Shown in pieces: positions 28,384 to 41,479 of a stretch of 64,000 nucleotides of DNA. The stretch's first letter is position 1, and every line of letters begins with the position of its first letter. Below the pieces are notes generated by a model that was given only the letters and a program-made list of their open reading frames with translations, had not been told where the DNA came from and ran no database searches. This stretch comes from Dipteris shenzhenensis (Eukaryota): the NCBI GenBank assembly GCA_047967505.1, contig CM106538.1; one strand, 5' to 3'. Both the position numbers and the translations under genes were made by a program.

Positions 28384-30139
28384 TGCTGAGCTCCAAAAGG
28401 TTGTATGTTTATTGATACCTCCACATTGGCATACACCAACGTGGCACAGACAGACTCTACCGCATGGCGGCAACCAGCCACCGTGGCACAGATATGCCCG
28501 GCGTCAAATCTTCCCTTCCAGCTGGATGCGCACACGTGTCCTTGGGTCGTCCTTTGCGCATCTTCTGCACATTTGAAGCACATGGAGAGCGTGGCCACCT
28601 CTTTTCATTGGAAAGCAATAAGGTGAATGATATTTAATCATTCATAAGGCCTGCCCAAGAGTTAAAAAAGCAAACAAAAAGGAATCCACTAGAAATGGTG
28701 TGAAGGAAGACTCCAAGGGGAGAGAGAGAGAGAGAGAGAGAAAGTCAACCAGCTATAAAGAGAAGCAGCAAGCTTGGGAGACCAAAATAGTTTATTGAGC
28801 TGCAAGAAGGATGCAAAAGCATGGCCAACTTGAACAAATAAGAAAACACAACAGCCAAGGAGAACTAATAGTAGGAGATTAATATGCATTACCAAACACC
28901 TTGACAATGCATGGGTAAAGTGACAAATTCAAAGTGATGCAGAAACTAATAAATTGGCTCACTACATGCTAAAATCTTCCTACCTTATACAATCAAAGAA
29001 CCTTAATTCCCCAAGGGTATTAAAAATAGGCTACACACCCAAATATTGCAGGCCCTCAACAAATAAGATAGGTAACAAAAACCTCACTAAAAAAATTGAT
29101 TGCTGCAACACGATCAAACACCTATGTTGCAGATGACCAAAGAGCTGAAAATAGTGCAGTATTCTTTATGCCTAATGTGTGTGCACAAAGGAATGCATGT
29201 TGTGAAAACCAAGAAGTGGAACCCTTCACTCTACAAACACTATCCGAAACATGATCCAGAAAACCAGTCACACTATCATGTACTGGACTTCCCTAAACTG
29301 TACCCTAAAAATTTCAAGGCTGGGGTAACAGCCAAATATTGACATTCTACAACAGGTTACTAATATTCCTAGAAAAAGATCTAGCTTAAAGTTGCAACCA
29401 TTGACTATCCCATATTACTTCCTTCAATGGTTGCATTTGTCCCACAAGCTTGTTAAGAGAGATTTATGCTTGATCACCAAAATCTAGCAGCCACTTTGGT
29501 TGATAGTAGATAAAACCCAAGACAAGCTTGTATGACAAAATTGGAGAACAAGCAAAAGGAAGGATCAATAAACATTGAATACAGTACACCATATACATAT
29601 AAACCATAATCCAAAAATAGTAGCTTTTCCATTTATCTGAGGGTCTACACCTGAAATCACTCTGAATTCTCAGACAAGCTTAGATGAAGATAGTTCTCAA
29701 CTGACATCTAGTGCAAATACGACTGGAAACCAGATGATCCCATTCCTAGGCCTGATCCTAATCCCGCCGACCCACTAATCCCGACCCATAGTTATTTATA
29801 GCCACCATATGAACTCGAGGGATTGACAAGAGCAGAGGATCCATACTCAAGGGATCCAAGCCCATCAGAGGGATATAAGTACGAGCTTGAAAGAGAGACA
29901 CACATTTACACAAATTAATTTGCAAGCAATGATAGCCCACAACTGGCTGCTACTCAGGTGGAGGAGACTCTTGAAGCAGAGTATTTCGTTCTTTGTTTTC
30001 ATACAAGTGAGGCCGAGACCTCCCCCTTGCTTGGGAGTAAATAGTAGATCCGAACTGATAGAGTGCCACCTGCCCTACCATATAACCTCTGTGATTTTCG
30101 TGTCTACCTTCCTTAGGCATGCATTGGAAAAGGGTAGAA

Positions 30140-30775
30140 TGGATAGGGCATAAACCAGTACTGATTCAAGAACGTGCTTTGCTATAGTTACCCTCCCTCT
30201 GTAAGGGAGATTGGTTTCCCACGCCATTTATCAATTTTGGTGCTAATCCTATGAAATGCCTAGTCAAATTTACTTTTGAGCAATGCTGCTACCCCCATAG
30301 GATAGCCAAGGTAGCGAATTAAGTGACCAGTAGGTATCCAGTTTGGAAGTGTGTTCTCCGCCCAGCTTCTTTTCCCACACTAACCATAAAGCCTCAGTCT
30401 TGTTGATGTTTACTTTTGAGTCTAATAGTGCAACAAATTCATTAAAAATCTCCATAAACTTACAGATGTTCTCTTGCATACCTTCTAGGATGCTAGTATT
30501 GTCATCAACGAAGAATTGTGTACAGAAAGCGGAATTGTCTAGCATTCTTAATCCCTTTATTGAACCTCTGATTAACAGAAAATCAATTTGGCAAAAGAGT
30601 GGCTCCGTCACTTCCGCAAAGAGGAGGGCTAGTGGGCATCCCTGCCTCACCAACCTTTCAAGAGCAAAGCTTTGATCATGATAACTGGTGATAGTGATGA
30701 CCGCCCTGGCATTAATGAACAACATTTTCATCAGTCTACAGAAGCAAGAACCAAAGCCCAGTGCCTCCATACGAT
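30140..30775 (-). mobile_element. Old LINE reverse transcriptase fragment
   Basis: MEALGFG..F.LERLVRQGCPLA..FFVDDNT..KVNINKTEALW. Confidence 0.85.
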
Positions 30776-31574
30776 AGGGTCAAGTGCAAATCGCTTTTGC
30801 CACAACAATACATAAGCAAGGAGTCCATGGAATGTTCATGCTCACTAAAATGTACATTTAGTGTATTATATAGCAGCACTGTAAGCTTGAGAAGTAGCTC
30901 CTGCGAGCCTCCCCCTCCCCTCCCGCACCTCTACCTCCCTTAGCTCCTCCTCCTCACCTCGCCGCTGTTGCCGCCCCCCCCTTGCACCTCCGCCTCACCC
31001 CCGCTTCACTCCCTGCCTCTCCGCCCTCACCCCCTCGCACCTCCGCCTCACCCCCTCGCCGCTCCCTCTCCGCCCTCACCCCCTCGCACCTCCGCCTCAC
31101 CCCCGCTTCACATCACCTCCCCCTCGCTATGCCCACCCCCCCCTCGCCGTTCTGTCTCACCCCCCCCCTCACCCCCCCGCTTCACCCTCCCCGCCGCCCA
31201 CTCCGCCCCTCCCCGCCCCCCCGCCCCCTCCCGCCCCCCCGCCCTTTCCACCCCACCCTGCCCTTCTGCTCCACCCCGTCCCCTCCGCCCCGCTCTTCCA
31301 CTCTGCCCCCCTCCCGCCCTCCCGCCCCGCTCCGCCTCTCCCCTGCTCCCGCTCCCACCTCCTCACCTCACCCGCTCTCCGTCCTCACTCCATCCCGCAC
31401 CACCTCTGCTTCCCGGCCTCCCGCCCCGCTTCCTCCGCCCTCTGCCCTCCATCCTTCCCGCTTTTCGCCTCCGCATCCGTCTTCTTCACACCCAGGCTCC
31501 ACCCTCCTGCATCTATCCCCCCTTTTTCTGGCAGCCTCTTCTTCATCGGAAGCCTCGCAGTTTGTCTTGGCGGT

Positions 31575-33612
31575 ATGGCAGCTCCCTGCCCGGAACCGGA
31601 GGCCTAGTCGGACCCTCCCTCTCCAGATGCCTACCGCGTCATCCTGACAGAGCAACAATCATCTCGGGTCCAAGAGGTTGCCAACGACTTTGCCCTTACC
31701 TCTGTGTATGACAGTCATTGGACATTCCCCCTATAGATCAGCCATGAGGGACTGGCTCCAGTCCACTCTCATGCTAGAGGACGGCCATATCGAGGAGGTG
31801 GCCCTTATGGGAAGGGGCATCTTCTGGCTCAAACTCTCCAATGCGAAAGCTGCGAGCAACCTGATTGCTGGCTCCCCCACGTCGGTGGATGAAAAGATTA
31901 TCATGATAGTCCCGTGGTACCGTGGATTCAGCGCAGCGGATTTTGATGTTCGGTTCCGTATACCTTGCCATCCAGTGACGCTAGTTTTTCCAGGTCTTGC
32001 TGCTGAGCTGCGGCCGATTGTTAGGGACCTGGGCTCCTACTTTGGCTGGGTTATGCACGACACTTTCGCCGATGCGGTGACTACGGCAGGAGCCCCCCGA
32101 GTCCGTGTGGCTGTGGCAGATCCTACGACTCTCCCTGCAGTGATCGAGATCGTGACAGATGCCAGCAGCATCACCCAGAGCATGGTAGTCATGGACAGCC
32201 AGGCCAGTGCCTGAGGTGTCACGGCTTTGGGCACCTGGCGGCTGTTTGTCCACGATTCGCCAGCTCTTCTCGGCCTCCCCCGCCCCCTCCCTCTCCGCCC
32301 CCTCCCCCCCCTCCGGGCAGCCACGTCAGGAGGAGCAGAGGCAGCCGGAGTCCAGTCCAGAGTTAGCTGGCGGTTGGACTGAGGTTAGAAGGAAAAGAGA
32401 AAAGAACAAGAAGATTTCTGATAAAAGCAAGGAGGCAGAGGTTACCCAACCTGCAGCAGCACCTCAGAGACCTGACAAGCTGCCACCCCAGGGACCTGGG
32501 AGAGCTTCTTCTTCGATGGTAGCCCGCCCTTCACAGCCTCAGGTCCCCCTCTCTTCCGTTCCCCAGTCTCTTTCCACTCAGTCCCAGCCCCTCCCCCAGC
32601 TGCACCCCACTACTCCCGACCCGCAGCTTTAGCCCCCGCCTCTTCCTCCTCAGTCTCCTCCTCCTCCTTCTCAGCCCCAGTTCTAGATGCATCCCCATCC
32701 CCCCCCCCCCCCACCTCTCTCAGCTCTCCTGGAGAGTTAGCTGCACCGACGGCTCCTCAGCCGAGGGCAGCCCCCGCTCCCCCTCCTCCTCCGCTAGTCG
32801 CCTCCGAGGAGTCTGAGTCGCCTCTCCCCTAGCCTCCTCCTCCTCCCCCTCCACTGGCAGGATACCCTGAGTCTACACCACCACTGGAGTAGGCTTCTCT
32901 GTCCGCCGCTAGCCCCTCAGTGGCAGACTCTGATGGGCCTCAGCTTCAGGAGAGAGAGCTTCCTCGCGACTTTTACAGATCTGGCCCCTGGGACTACTTG
33001 GATGTGGCCGACCTCGGGACCTTCCCTGCTTGCCTCGACATCAGTATCTTCCTACTCCGCGAAGGGGCGGATGGGAAGATAGCCGCCTTGGCCCCTAGGG
33101 ATGGCCCTAGCTTTGCTTTCACGTTCCTCAGCGATGGCACCGAGACTTGGACAGACGACTCAGTCTGGGAGGCTCTCAGGGAGCAGACGCACGCTTAGGT
33201 TTGCTCCTGGATAGGCCCGTCCGGTGGGCAGCTTCTCGAGACTCAGTGGTCCGAGGGTGACGTGCGCCTGCGGTGGCGCTGCGCCGCCAAACGCTTCAGA
33301 CTGATTGTGATCCTCAGGCCCCCCCTATCTTGGCCCCTCCCCCAGGATGTCAGAGCCTGGACTCCTCAGAAACTCCGAGCCTTCTACGGGATGACTACTT
33401 CAGAGATCTCGAGCTAGCTCGAGAAAGCTTTCGCTCATGGCACCAATGGCCTCTCGCCTTTGCTGAAGGTGTTGAAGAACGGGCAGGACGACCCCGCCTC
33501 CCCCTCCAAACCTTCTCATAAGCGTCAGCGCCTCCACTCCGATATGTCAGCTTCTTCTTCGACTTCGACCGTGAGCAGACAGTTGTTCGCAGCCTCCCAG
33601 TCCTCACCATGA
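31575..33612 (+). pseudogene. LINE ORF1 (DUF4283/RRM-like N-terminus, Pro-rich linker), with stops and frameshifts
   Basis: VALMGRGIFWLKLS..IMIVPW..PVTLVFPGL..LGSYFG resembles plant L1 ORF1; GGWTEVRRKR; ends KRQRLHSD..QSSP*. Confidence 0.8.
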
Positions 33613-36600
33613 GCCTACACCTCGTATCCTGGAATGTGAATGGGTTTCACTCTTCTTGCACCCGTGGTCCTAGGAAGCTCATTTTGAGACAGGAACTTCA
33701 GCCAGCAGTGATTGGTCATTTGGATGTACTTCTGCTCTAGGAGCACAAGCTTTCTGCGGCTCACTCCCGTAGATGCGGGAAGATTCTCCCTGGACGCTCT
33801 CACACTTATTGGGAGCCCTCGATCGGCGCACTGGGGAGGAGTGGTGGTGTCTGAACTTCCGTGTGCGAGCAACTAGCCCAGGGAGTTTTCGGTCATGGCA
33901 CATTGATCCCAGGCCGTGCCCTTTGGGTAGGCCTAGAACTGGAGGGTTCCAGAGTAGGAATCCTCAACATTTATTCTCCCACAGACCTCCGTTGCAGCGC
34001 CACCTTCTGGAGGACACTTAGAGGGTTTCTCCCAGACATGGATTCTTGGATTGTTGGAGGTGACTTCAACAATCTGGAGACCTTGGAGGACCAGCAGGGC
34101 AGAGGACCGGAGTTTACAGGTATGTCTCAGGCAGAGCAGTCCGCTTGGGACTCTTTTATCTTTGCGACAGGAGGTAGGGACAGTTGGAGAGACCCGTCCT
34201 TCCGGTGTTGGCACGGGAGCTTGGACTTCTCGTGGGGCTTCCGCAGGGAAGGAGGCAGACTCCTGGAGAGGCTGGATAGATTTTGTGTTAGTGATTGGGC
34301 CATCAGCAGAGGCGGTCAGGCGGGTATAGTTCCAGGGATGACACTTTCCGACCATGCGCCTGTGCTCTTATCATTAGACTCGGTAGTTCAGGCCCTTCCC
34401 CCCCGCTCATGCCGGATTCCCGACTCCATTTTCTCGATGGTGGACGTGCGCAGCTTTATATGCAGTCTATGGGACAGAGATTGGGGTGAGTGCGTGGATC
34501 TGGTTGATTCGGTGGTGCAGGCTTTGCAGGAGTCCAGTCAGATTTGCCAGCTCATAGCCCTACAGGTTCGACAGGAATGGTGGGGTAGAGAGAGAGCTCT
34601 TCGGAGGGACCTCGCCTCCATCCAGCGACTCCAGCAGGCAGCCCCGGGGGCTCGGAGGAGCTTCGGATCCAGGCCCTTCGAGCCAGAGCCCTTCTTGAGG
34701 AGACCCTCCAGTGCTGTTCAGAGTTTTCCTATCACGCCTCTCTTTCCTTCTAGGCTCGGAAGGGTGACCGGATGTGCAAGGAGTTCTTCAGGATGCATGG
34801 CCAGAGAGCAGCAGTAGGTGACCAGCTTCGGAGTCTCAGGACAGCGGAGGGGCACATCGTTACGGATCTGGGTGAGGTCTTGGGGTTGGCTACCGACTTC
34901 TACAGGACTCTTTTTCAGTAGGAGCCGCTTGCCCCTCGCACTCGATGCTCCCGTGAGGAGGTGTGGAGGCACACTCCATCCCTGGTCCAGCCCTGCATGC
35001 AGGCGATGTTGTTGGCACCGTTCACCATGGATGAGATGTTGGAGGCCTTGATGGCCATCGACGGGCAGAAATGCCCCAGTGAGGACGGGCTATCCCGGGC
35101 ATTCTTCACCTCCTTCTGGGATCAGATCCATCAGCCCCTCCTAGCAGCTTTTCAGAGGATTTTCAGCAGCGGTTATATGCCAGAGAGCCTCTCCTCGGGA
35201 CTGATTTGCCTCATTCCGAAGGGAGGAGATAGATAGGAGATCCGTCAGTGGCGCCCGATCACCCTCCTTACCACTGCCTACAAAATCCTTGCCAAGATGA
35301 TCAGTGCCAGAGTTCGGCCTCTACTTCCAGACCTCATTCATGACACTCAGACAGGCTTTGTCCAGGATCGCAGTATCCTGGATAATGTCTTCACCTTCTC
35401 AGAGGCGGCGGAGTGGGCTCAGCATAGTGGATCACACCTAGCCATCCTACTTCTCAACTTTGAGAAGGCCTACGATCGAGTGGACTGGTCCTTTCTGGAG
35501 GGGACTCTAGAGCGACTAGGTTTCCCAGCAGGATGGATTCAGGGTATTTCAGCGTTGTACAGGACAGCTTCTAGCAGGGTCATCATTAGCGGCAGGATGG
35601 GTGAGCGTTTTAGTTTGGAGAGATCAGTGCGTCAGGGCTGGCCCCTTGCTCCTTACCTGTTTCTCTTCTTCGCTGAGGCTATGACTTACTACCTTCGGGC
35701 GAGGTCTACTGGGATCAAGGGTGTTCGCCTTCCACTCCGGGAGGACACGGAGCTCCTGGACTCAGAGTATGCGGATGACACGGCCTGTATGTTTAGGACG
35801 ATGAGATGATGATGGAGGGGGTGAGGATGGCCCTGGAGGTCTTCTGTTCGGCTGCTGGTGCGAAAATCAACTGGAACAAATCAGTTGGTTTTCTCACAGA
35901 CCCCAGGGCGTGCTCTCAGTGGGGGAGGTTTTTGGGTTTCAGGTGGATCCCGCGGGGACAGACAGCTAGATATCTTGGTTTTCAGGTCGGCTTGGATATC
36001 ACGCTAGCTCAGCAGTTTCTCCCGGTGCTAGATTCCATCCGACGGAAGCTGGCTTTCTGGAGCACTGCTAAGCTCTCCCTTGCAGGTCATGCCCTAGTAG
36101 TCAACCAGGTCCTCCTAGCCACGGCTTGGTCTGTGGCTTCCTGTTGGTGTTTCTCGAGATCCAGCGTGGCACAGCTTAGGAGGTTGGTTCGGAACTTCCT
36201 TTGGTCCGGGGAGGATGGCCTCAGAGATACCAGAGCCAGGGTTGCTTGGCAGATAGTCATTCTTCCGCAGGCTGAGGATGGCCTGGGGGTCATCGATCCA
36301 GAGCTTCAGAGTCAGGCCCTGTTAGGCAAGCTAGTCATCCGCGGTTTGACCCCGGGGGGGCAGACGTGGAAGATGCTACTTCAGTAGGGGGTCGGTTCTT
36401 GTGTCCCGTGCCGAGGTGGAGAGTGGCTTCCGTCCCTCAGGTGGATCTTCACTTCCGCCCCGCTCACTCAGCCCCACTCCCCACTCGTTCGTAGCCTCCT
36501 CATGGTTTGGAGGCGGCTCTGCCTCAGTCTTTTCAGTCCCCTCCTAGCTGTCAAGAGGAGATCGATCACCAGCCGCTTATCTGGAATGATCAGGTCAGAG

Positions 36601-37998
36601 ATGCCGAGGGCCTTCAGTTGGGGGAGAGATCACACATCAGGTGGGATGGCTGGATGTGGTGGGGGCCAGCCCGGTCCCTTCGAGTTTGGAGGGACACGTA
36701 CAGACATTTGGAGACAGCTGATCTCGCAGACGCAGCTGGAGGTGCCCGTGGAGCCCAGGCGAGACGTACGGAGATCGACGGCATGATCCCAGCTGATTGG
36801 TTGGTTCCACCTGAGCTTCAGATCCTCATGCCTGGTGATGACCGTTGGCTGGGACAGTTCACCCCCTGTGGCATCCCGCTGGTGGTCGCAGGACGTATGG
36901 ACGACTCCTCTGTTTCCTTCTTCGCGGTTATGGGGGATGGACGACTCAGGAGAGAGGATGCGCTCATCGACCCCCTACTCCCATGGCACAGGGTTCGGGT
37001 CGTAGGCCTCATGGGGAAGGTCTGGCGGACCGATCCTAGCATAGAGCAGGATCAGCTGCAGCTTTGGCGACTCTGGCTCTGGGAGGGGCGGGCCTTGTCA
37101 GAGCTTGACTGGGATCCAGGAGAGTGGAGATGGCCAGAGATTGTGACAGCCGACCTCTTTCTTTGCCTATAGCACGACTTTGGGCAGGCGAGTTCTTGGG
37201 AGGATGCAGAGCCGCCCTGCCACCCAGCGGCCCAGCTGGTATGCACAGGGTATTTCTAGGTTCTTTTTGCAAGCCTTCTGGAAGGCCTTATGGGAGAGCT
37301 GGCGGCCGCGGAAGATCTCCTACTTCCTGTGGCTTCTTGCCCACAAAGGTCTTCCAGTGGGGAGCTGGTTGCGGCAGATAGGCCAGGACGGACGTTGTCA
37401 GATCTGTCATGAGGATGAGGAGTCACCAAAACACTACCTGTGGAGTTGCACTCATGCCCAGGAAGTGTGGAGGTGGACTTTCGGGATTCTTACTCGCGCA
37501 GCACCAGAGCTAGGATTGATCACTTGGGGCGCGTTCTGTTGGTGCAGCACCGCACCTGGATTTCATCACTTATTCGAGGCATGTTAGTAGGACCCCACAT
37601 TCCTTATCACACAGGGGACGTGGGGGCCACTCGAGAGTATCCCGCAGCACCTAGCAGAGGCTGATACAGGAGCTCAGGAGAGGCAGCCAGTTTGGGAGAT
37701 TATTAGCAGCATCGCAGGATGGCACATTTGGACCTCGCGCTGTGCGCAGATCCTCGGTGGCACCTCCTTATCGACTGCCCAGATCATGACTGATATTTGG
37801 AGCGAGATTATTCATACCCTCAGAGGCCAGTGGGACCAGATACAGGGGGACTCCCGGGCCGGTCGGGAGAAACGGAGATGCTTCCTTCGGGTTTGGGACA
37901 CACAGGGCCTCTTCTTCGAGCAAACTTCGTAGGGCCTTCGGTGGCGCTACTCACCACCTCTCTGGCTGTTCATTCACACTCGCCTTATCCCTCCATGA
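33609..37998 (+). pseudogene. LINE ORF2: AP endonuclease, reverse transcriptase and zf-RVT, disrupted
   Basis: SWNVNG, LL*EHK, NIYSP, GGDFN, RLDRF, SDHAP; WRPITLL, QTGFV, FEKAYDRV, VRQGWPLAP, EYADD; FLWLLAHKGLP..CQIC..ESPKHYLWSC. Confidence 0.95.
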
Positions 37999-39487
37999 GA
38001 AAGTGCTTTACTTTTTTGTTACCTTTTGGGCTGCGTCCGATTTGTGAACACAGCCCGTCAGCTACAAGGCTGACCTCTTGTATCTTGTTCTCGAAGTAAT
38101 ATAATTAGCACTGTTTTTTCGGAAAAAAAAATATAGCAGCACTGTAAATGAGCTTTCCTGTATTTGAACACACATGTGACTCCCCTAGATGCACACATGC
38201 ACCATAGAGCAAGCCCTTGATCATACTTACCCCAACCTTATATTTCTTACAAGGGCTAATACCAGACCTGGCACATGGAAGCATTTCTGGAGGCTCGAGG
38301 GAGAAGGAGGGAGGTTCAAGGGGAAAAAAGAGAGGTTCGGGGAGAGAGGAGGCTCGAGGGAGAAGGGAGGTTTGGGGAGAGAGGAGAAGGCTAGAAGAGG
38401 AACCGGAGAACCACATGGCGAAGCAAGGGTAATGCACAGAGTAGAGAGGGATAGACTGCAAGCAACCGAGGCACCATGTGGCAAAGGCACAGAGGAAATG
38501 GGCATTCATAGCGCGCGCTAGAGACTATCTTTTTTTTAAGTGAAAAACGTGCTGGAGTCTAGAGACAGTCAGAGAGGGCGCCACTGTGCCATGTGTCACA
38601 AAGACAGAGCATTGAGCTAGAGCCTCTATAGGCAACGTGGCAACCTCCGCAATCTGTGATGATGAAAGCTAGTAGAGTGTGGGCAGACTGGAGCGAGCAG
38701 CCTCCCAAGCAGATGTGGTGCCACATGGCACTCCCTTCAACTTGCCACATGGCATAATAGACGTGGCACTGTGTAGTCTCACAGTAGCAGACTTGCAGCA
38801 GGGCTACGGGCATTTATGGACACACGCGTAGAGTCCGACACGCACAAAGGAGACACGCCACCTTGCAACACTAATGACCGCACGCCAAACATGGGTGAGA
38901 GCTCAGCAAAAAGATATAGCCTGATCGAACTTCGACAGATTGATCGAGCACGGTCGAGGTCCAGTCTGATTTTGAACGCGCCACGCGCTGCAGTCTGTGC
39001 ATGCTTACATGGCATGATAACATATGCTCGCTCTCTTATGCATTGAGCATGGCCACGTGGACAACCTGAGTGTGAGGCAGACTGGGGATGCCACATGTCA
39101 TGCACAACATTGCCATGTGGAGACGAAGTGATGGTGAGGTCCTAGTGGAGGCCGCGATTCAAGTGTGGTCCTTGGATCTAACATTGATCAATTGGTCCAC
39201 AACGTGTGCCTTACACGAGCCCTTGGATCTAAGCAAAGATCTAAGGGTGGGGCCTTATGCCTCAATCGACAGATGCCCCGAAGAGGCTCACGATAGCACC
39301 ACATGGTGCGGTTAGGCAGAGCCATACTACGTCACGGTTGCCACGTGGATGATCGTAGGGTGGGGCAGGTGGCATAGTTCACATGGGTGTCGACATTGCT
39401 ACATGGGACCAAGGCCATGCGGGAGGGCCAGTAGAGAGGAGAACAAGAAATATACAGAGATTTAGAGAGAGAGAGAGAGAGAGATTA

Positions 39488-39522
<35 letters not shown>

Positions 39523-39947
39523 GTAACGCAGTAGGATAGAGCGGTGACAGAGTGTGCCATGTGGCATGATCGTGCGGGTGGACAGCGAGGGCCACGGGGG
39601 TAGGGTCAGTGGTGGTAGGAGAGCTTGACGTTGTCGTGCCACATTTCCCTCTGTCACCGCACTTAGAACTGCAGTGGCCTGCAATGCAAGGATCGAGTGA
39701 CGCGTGTCAATGCGGCCCCCAAGATGCGACGCTAGTAAAGAGGACATGGCAAATTAAATGTAGGGATAGAGGAGTAAAGGCGACGACGCACATCTAACAT
39801 GGCGACGTCGACACGTGGTGATGCAGACAGAGGACATGTAGGGACATCGGTAGGCACAAGATTGCTAATGTGAGGGAAGGAGGATAGATGACTTGGCTCA
39901 AAGCCAGGGCCCAGCACACAGTCACACAGAGTGGCGACCACAGACAG

Positions 39948-39948
<1 letters not shown>

Positions 39949-39991
<43 letters not shown>

Positions 39992-40066
39992 AGGTAGAGA
40001 GAGAGAGGTAGGTAGAGAGAAAGGAGAACTAGAGAGAGAGGAAGTAGAGATAGAGAGAGAGAGTAC

Positions 40067-40106
<40 letters not shown>

Positions 40107-40145
40107 AAGACAAGGAAAGAAACATAGACATAGAGCAGGGGCAAG

Positions 40146-40192
<47 letters not shown>

Positions 40193-40458
40193 GGTAGAGA
40201 ACAGACAGGGGAGAGAGAGGTAGAGAGAAAGGAGAGGTAGTGAGAGAGAGAGAGAGAGGATGTAGAGAGAGAGAGGGAGAGAGAGGACGTAGAGAGAGGA
40301 CGTAGAGAGAGAGGGAGAGAGAGGATGTAGAGATAGAGAGAGACAAAGAGAGAGGGGAGGTAAGAGAGAGAAAGAAATAGAGACAAAGCAAGGGGGCAAG
40401 CGGAGAGAGAGAGAGAGAGAGGAGAGCAAAGAGAAGAGAGAGAGACTAGAGAGAGGGG

Positions 40459-40503
<45 letters not shown>

Positions 40504-40637
40504 GAAGTAGAGATAGAGAGATAGAGAGATAGAGATATAGAGATAGAGAGAGAGACTTAAAGAGAGAGAGAGAGGGAGAGAGAGATAGAGAGAGATAAGA
40601 GAGAGAGAGTTAACGAGAGACAGAGCGAGGGGGCAAG

Positions 40638-40685
<48 letters not shown>

Positions 40686-40689
40686 ATGA

Positions 40690-40748
<59 letters not shown>

Positions 40749-40751
40749 CAC

Positions 40752-40802
<51 letters not shown>

Positions 40803-40827
40803 ATGAGTGAGGGAGTGAGTGAGAGAG

Positions 40828-40876
<49 letters not shown>

Positions 40877-40890
40877 ATAGATAGATAGAT
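39949..40890. repeat. ~950-bp compound (GA)n-dominated polypurine tract
   Basis: Directly visible, with interspersed (TA)n and (TG)n and a repeated ggggcaaggcg spacer. Confidence 0.95.
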
Positions 40891-41479
40891 ATTAAGGTCT
40901 CTAAAAGACCAAACGGCCTATGAGAGTAAAACAGTTGATACATATGCTAGTGTTGTCTCATCAAAGAGAATAACAAAATAAATAAGTTGAAAGCTGAGAG
41001 CTACTAAAGGTACTTACAGTCAGAGGGACTGCAAGTGACCCAAAACTAATGAAATACCAAGCAAGTATTACTAAAAAGTACCAATTGATCAGCATAGGCA
41101 AAAAGCTAATCAATAGAAAGGTTGCCCTCTTCTCATGTTAAAAATCCCAATCATGGGCAGCTCTAGGATCTCATAACTCAGTGCCACACGTTTTCAATGT
41201 TTAGCAATGATGGCACGGATCCGATGAAGATATGGGTGCCGAGCGCAGGGTCTTGGGGACCTGCGCCTCCGTGACCTGGATATGGCGATGGCTTGGTCCA
41301 AAATCACACCACTAGAGTGTGGCAATCTGCCTGTGTGTCATACGATGGTGGTGGCGCCAGGGGTTTCTGATGGCAGGTTGGGCATAAAACTAGCTAGAGG
41401 TGCTGGCAGTGAAGAAGTCTCTGAGTGTACTTTTTCTTAGTGGTGCTGGTCTTGGTTGTCTGTCTCCCGACAAAGTCTC

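Larger units (their letters stand above)
30885..38130 (+). mobile_element. Full-length L1-clade LINE (7246 bp), mutationally inactivated
   Basis: Perfect 17-bp TSD ATATAGCAGCACTGTAA at 30868-30884 and 38131-38147; A tail at 38123-38130; C-rich 5' UTR, ORF1 and ORF2 all present. Confidence 0.96.

Noticed and set aside
30968-31711. Long Pro-rich extensin-like ORFs
   Set aside because: Artefacts of the C-rich LINE 5' UTR inside the TSD-bounded element.
38148-38520. LTR-like purine-rich segment (continuous with 30790-30867); a similar-looking segment at 51160-51620
   Set aside because: Resemblance is compositional only; termini could not be defined.
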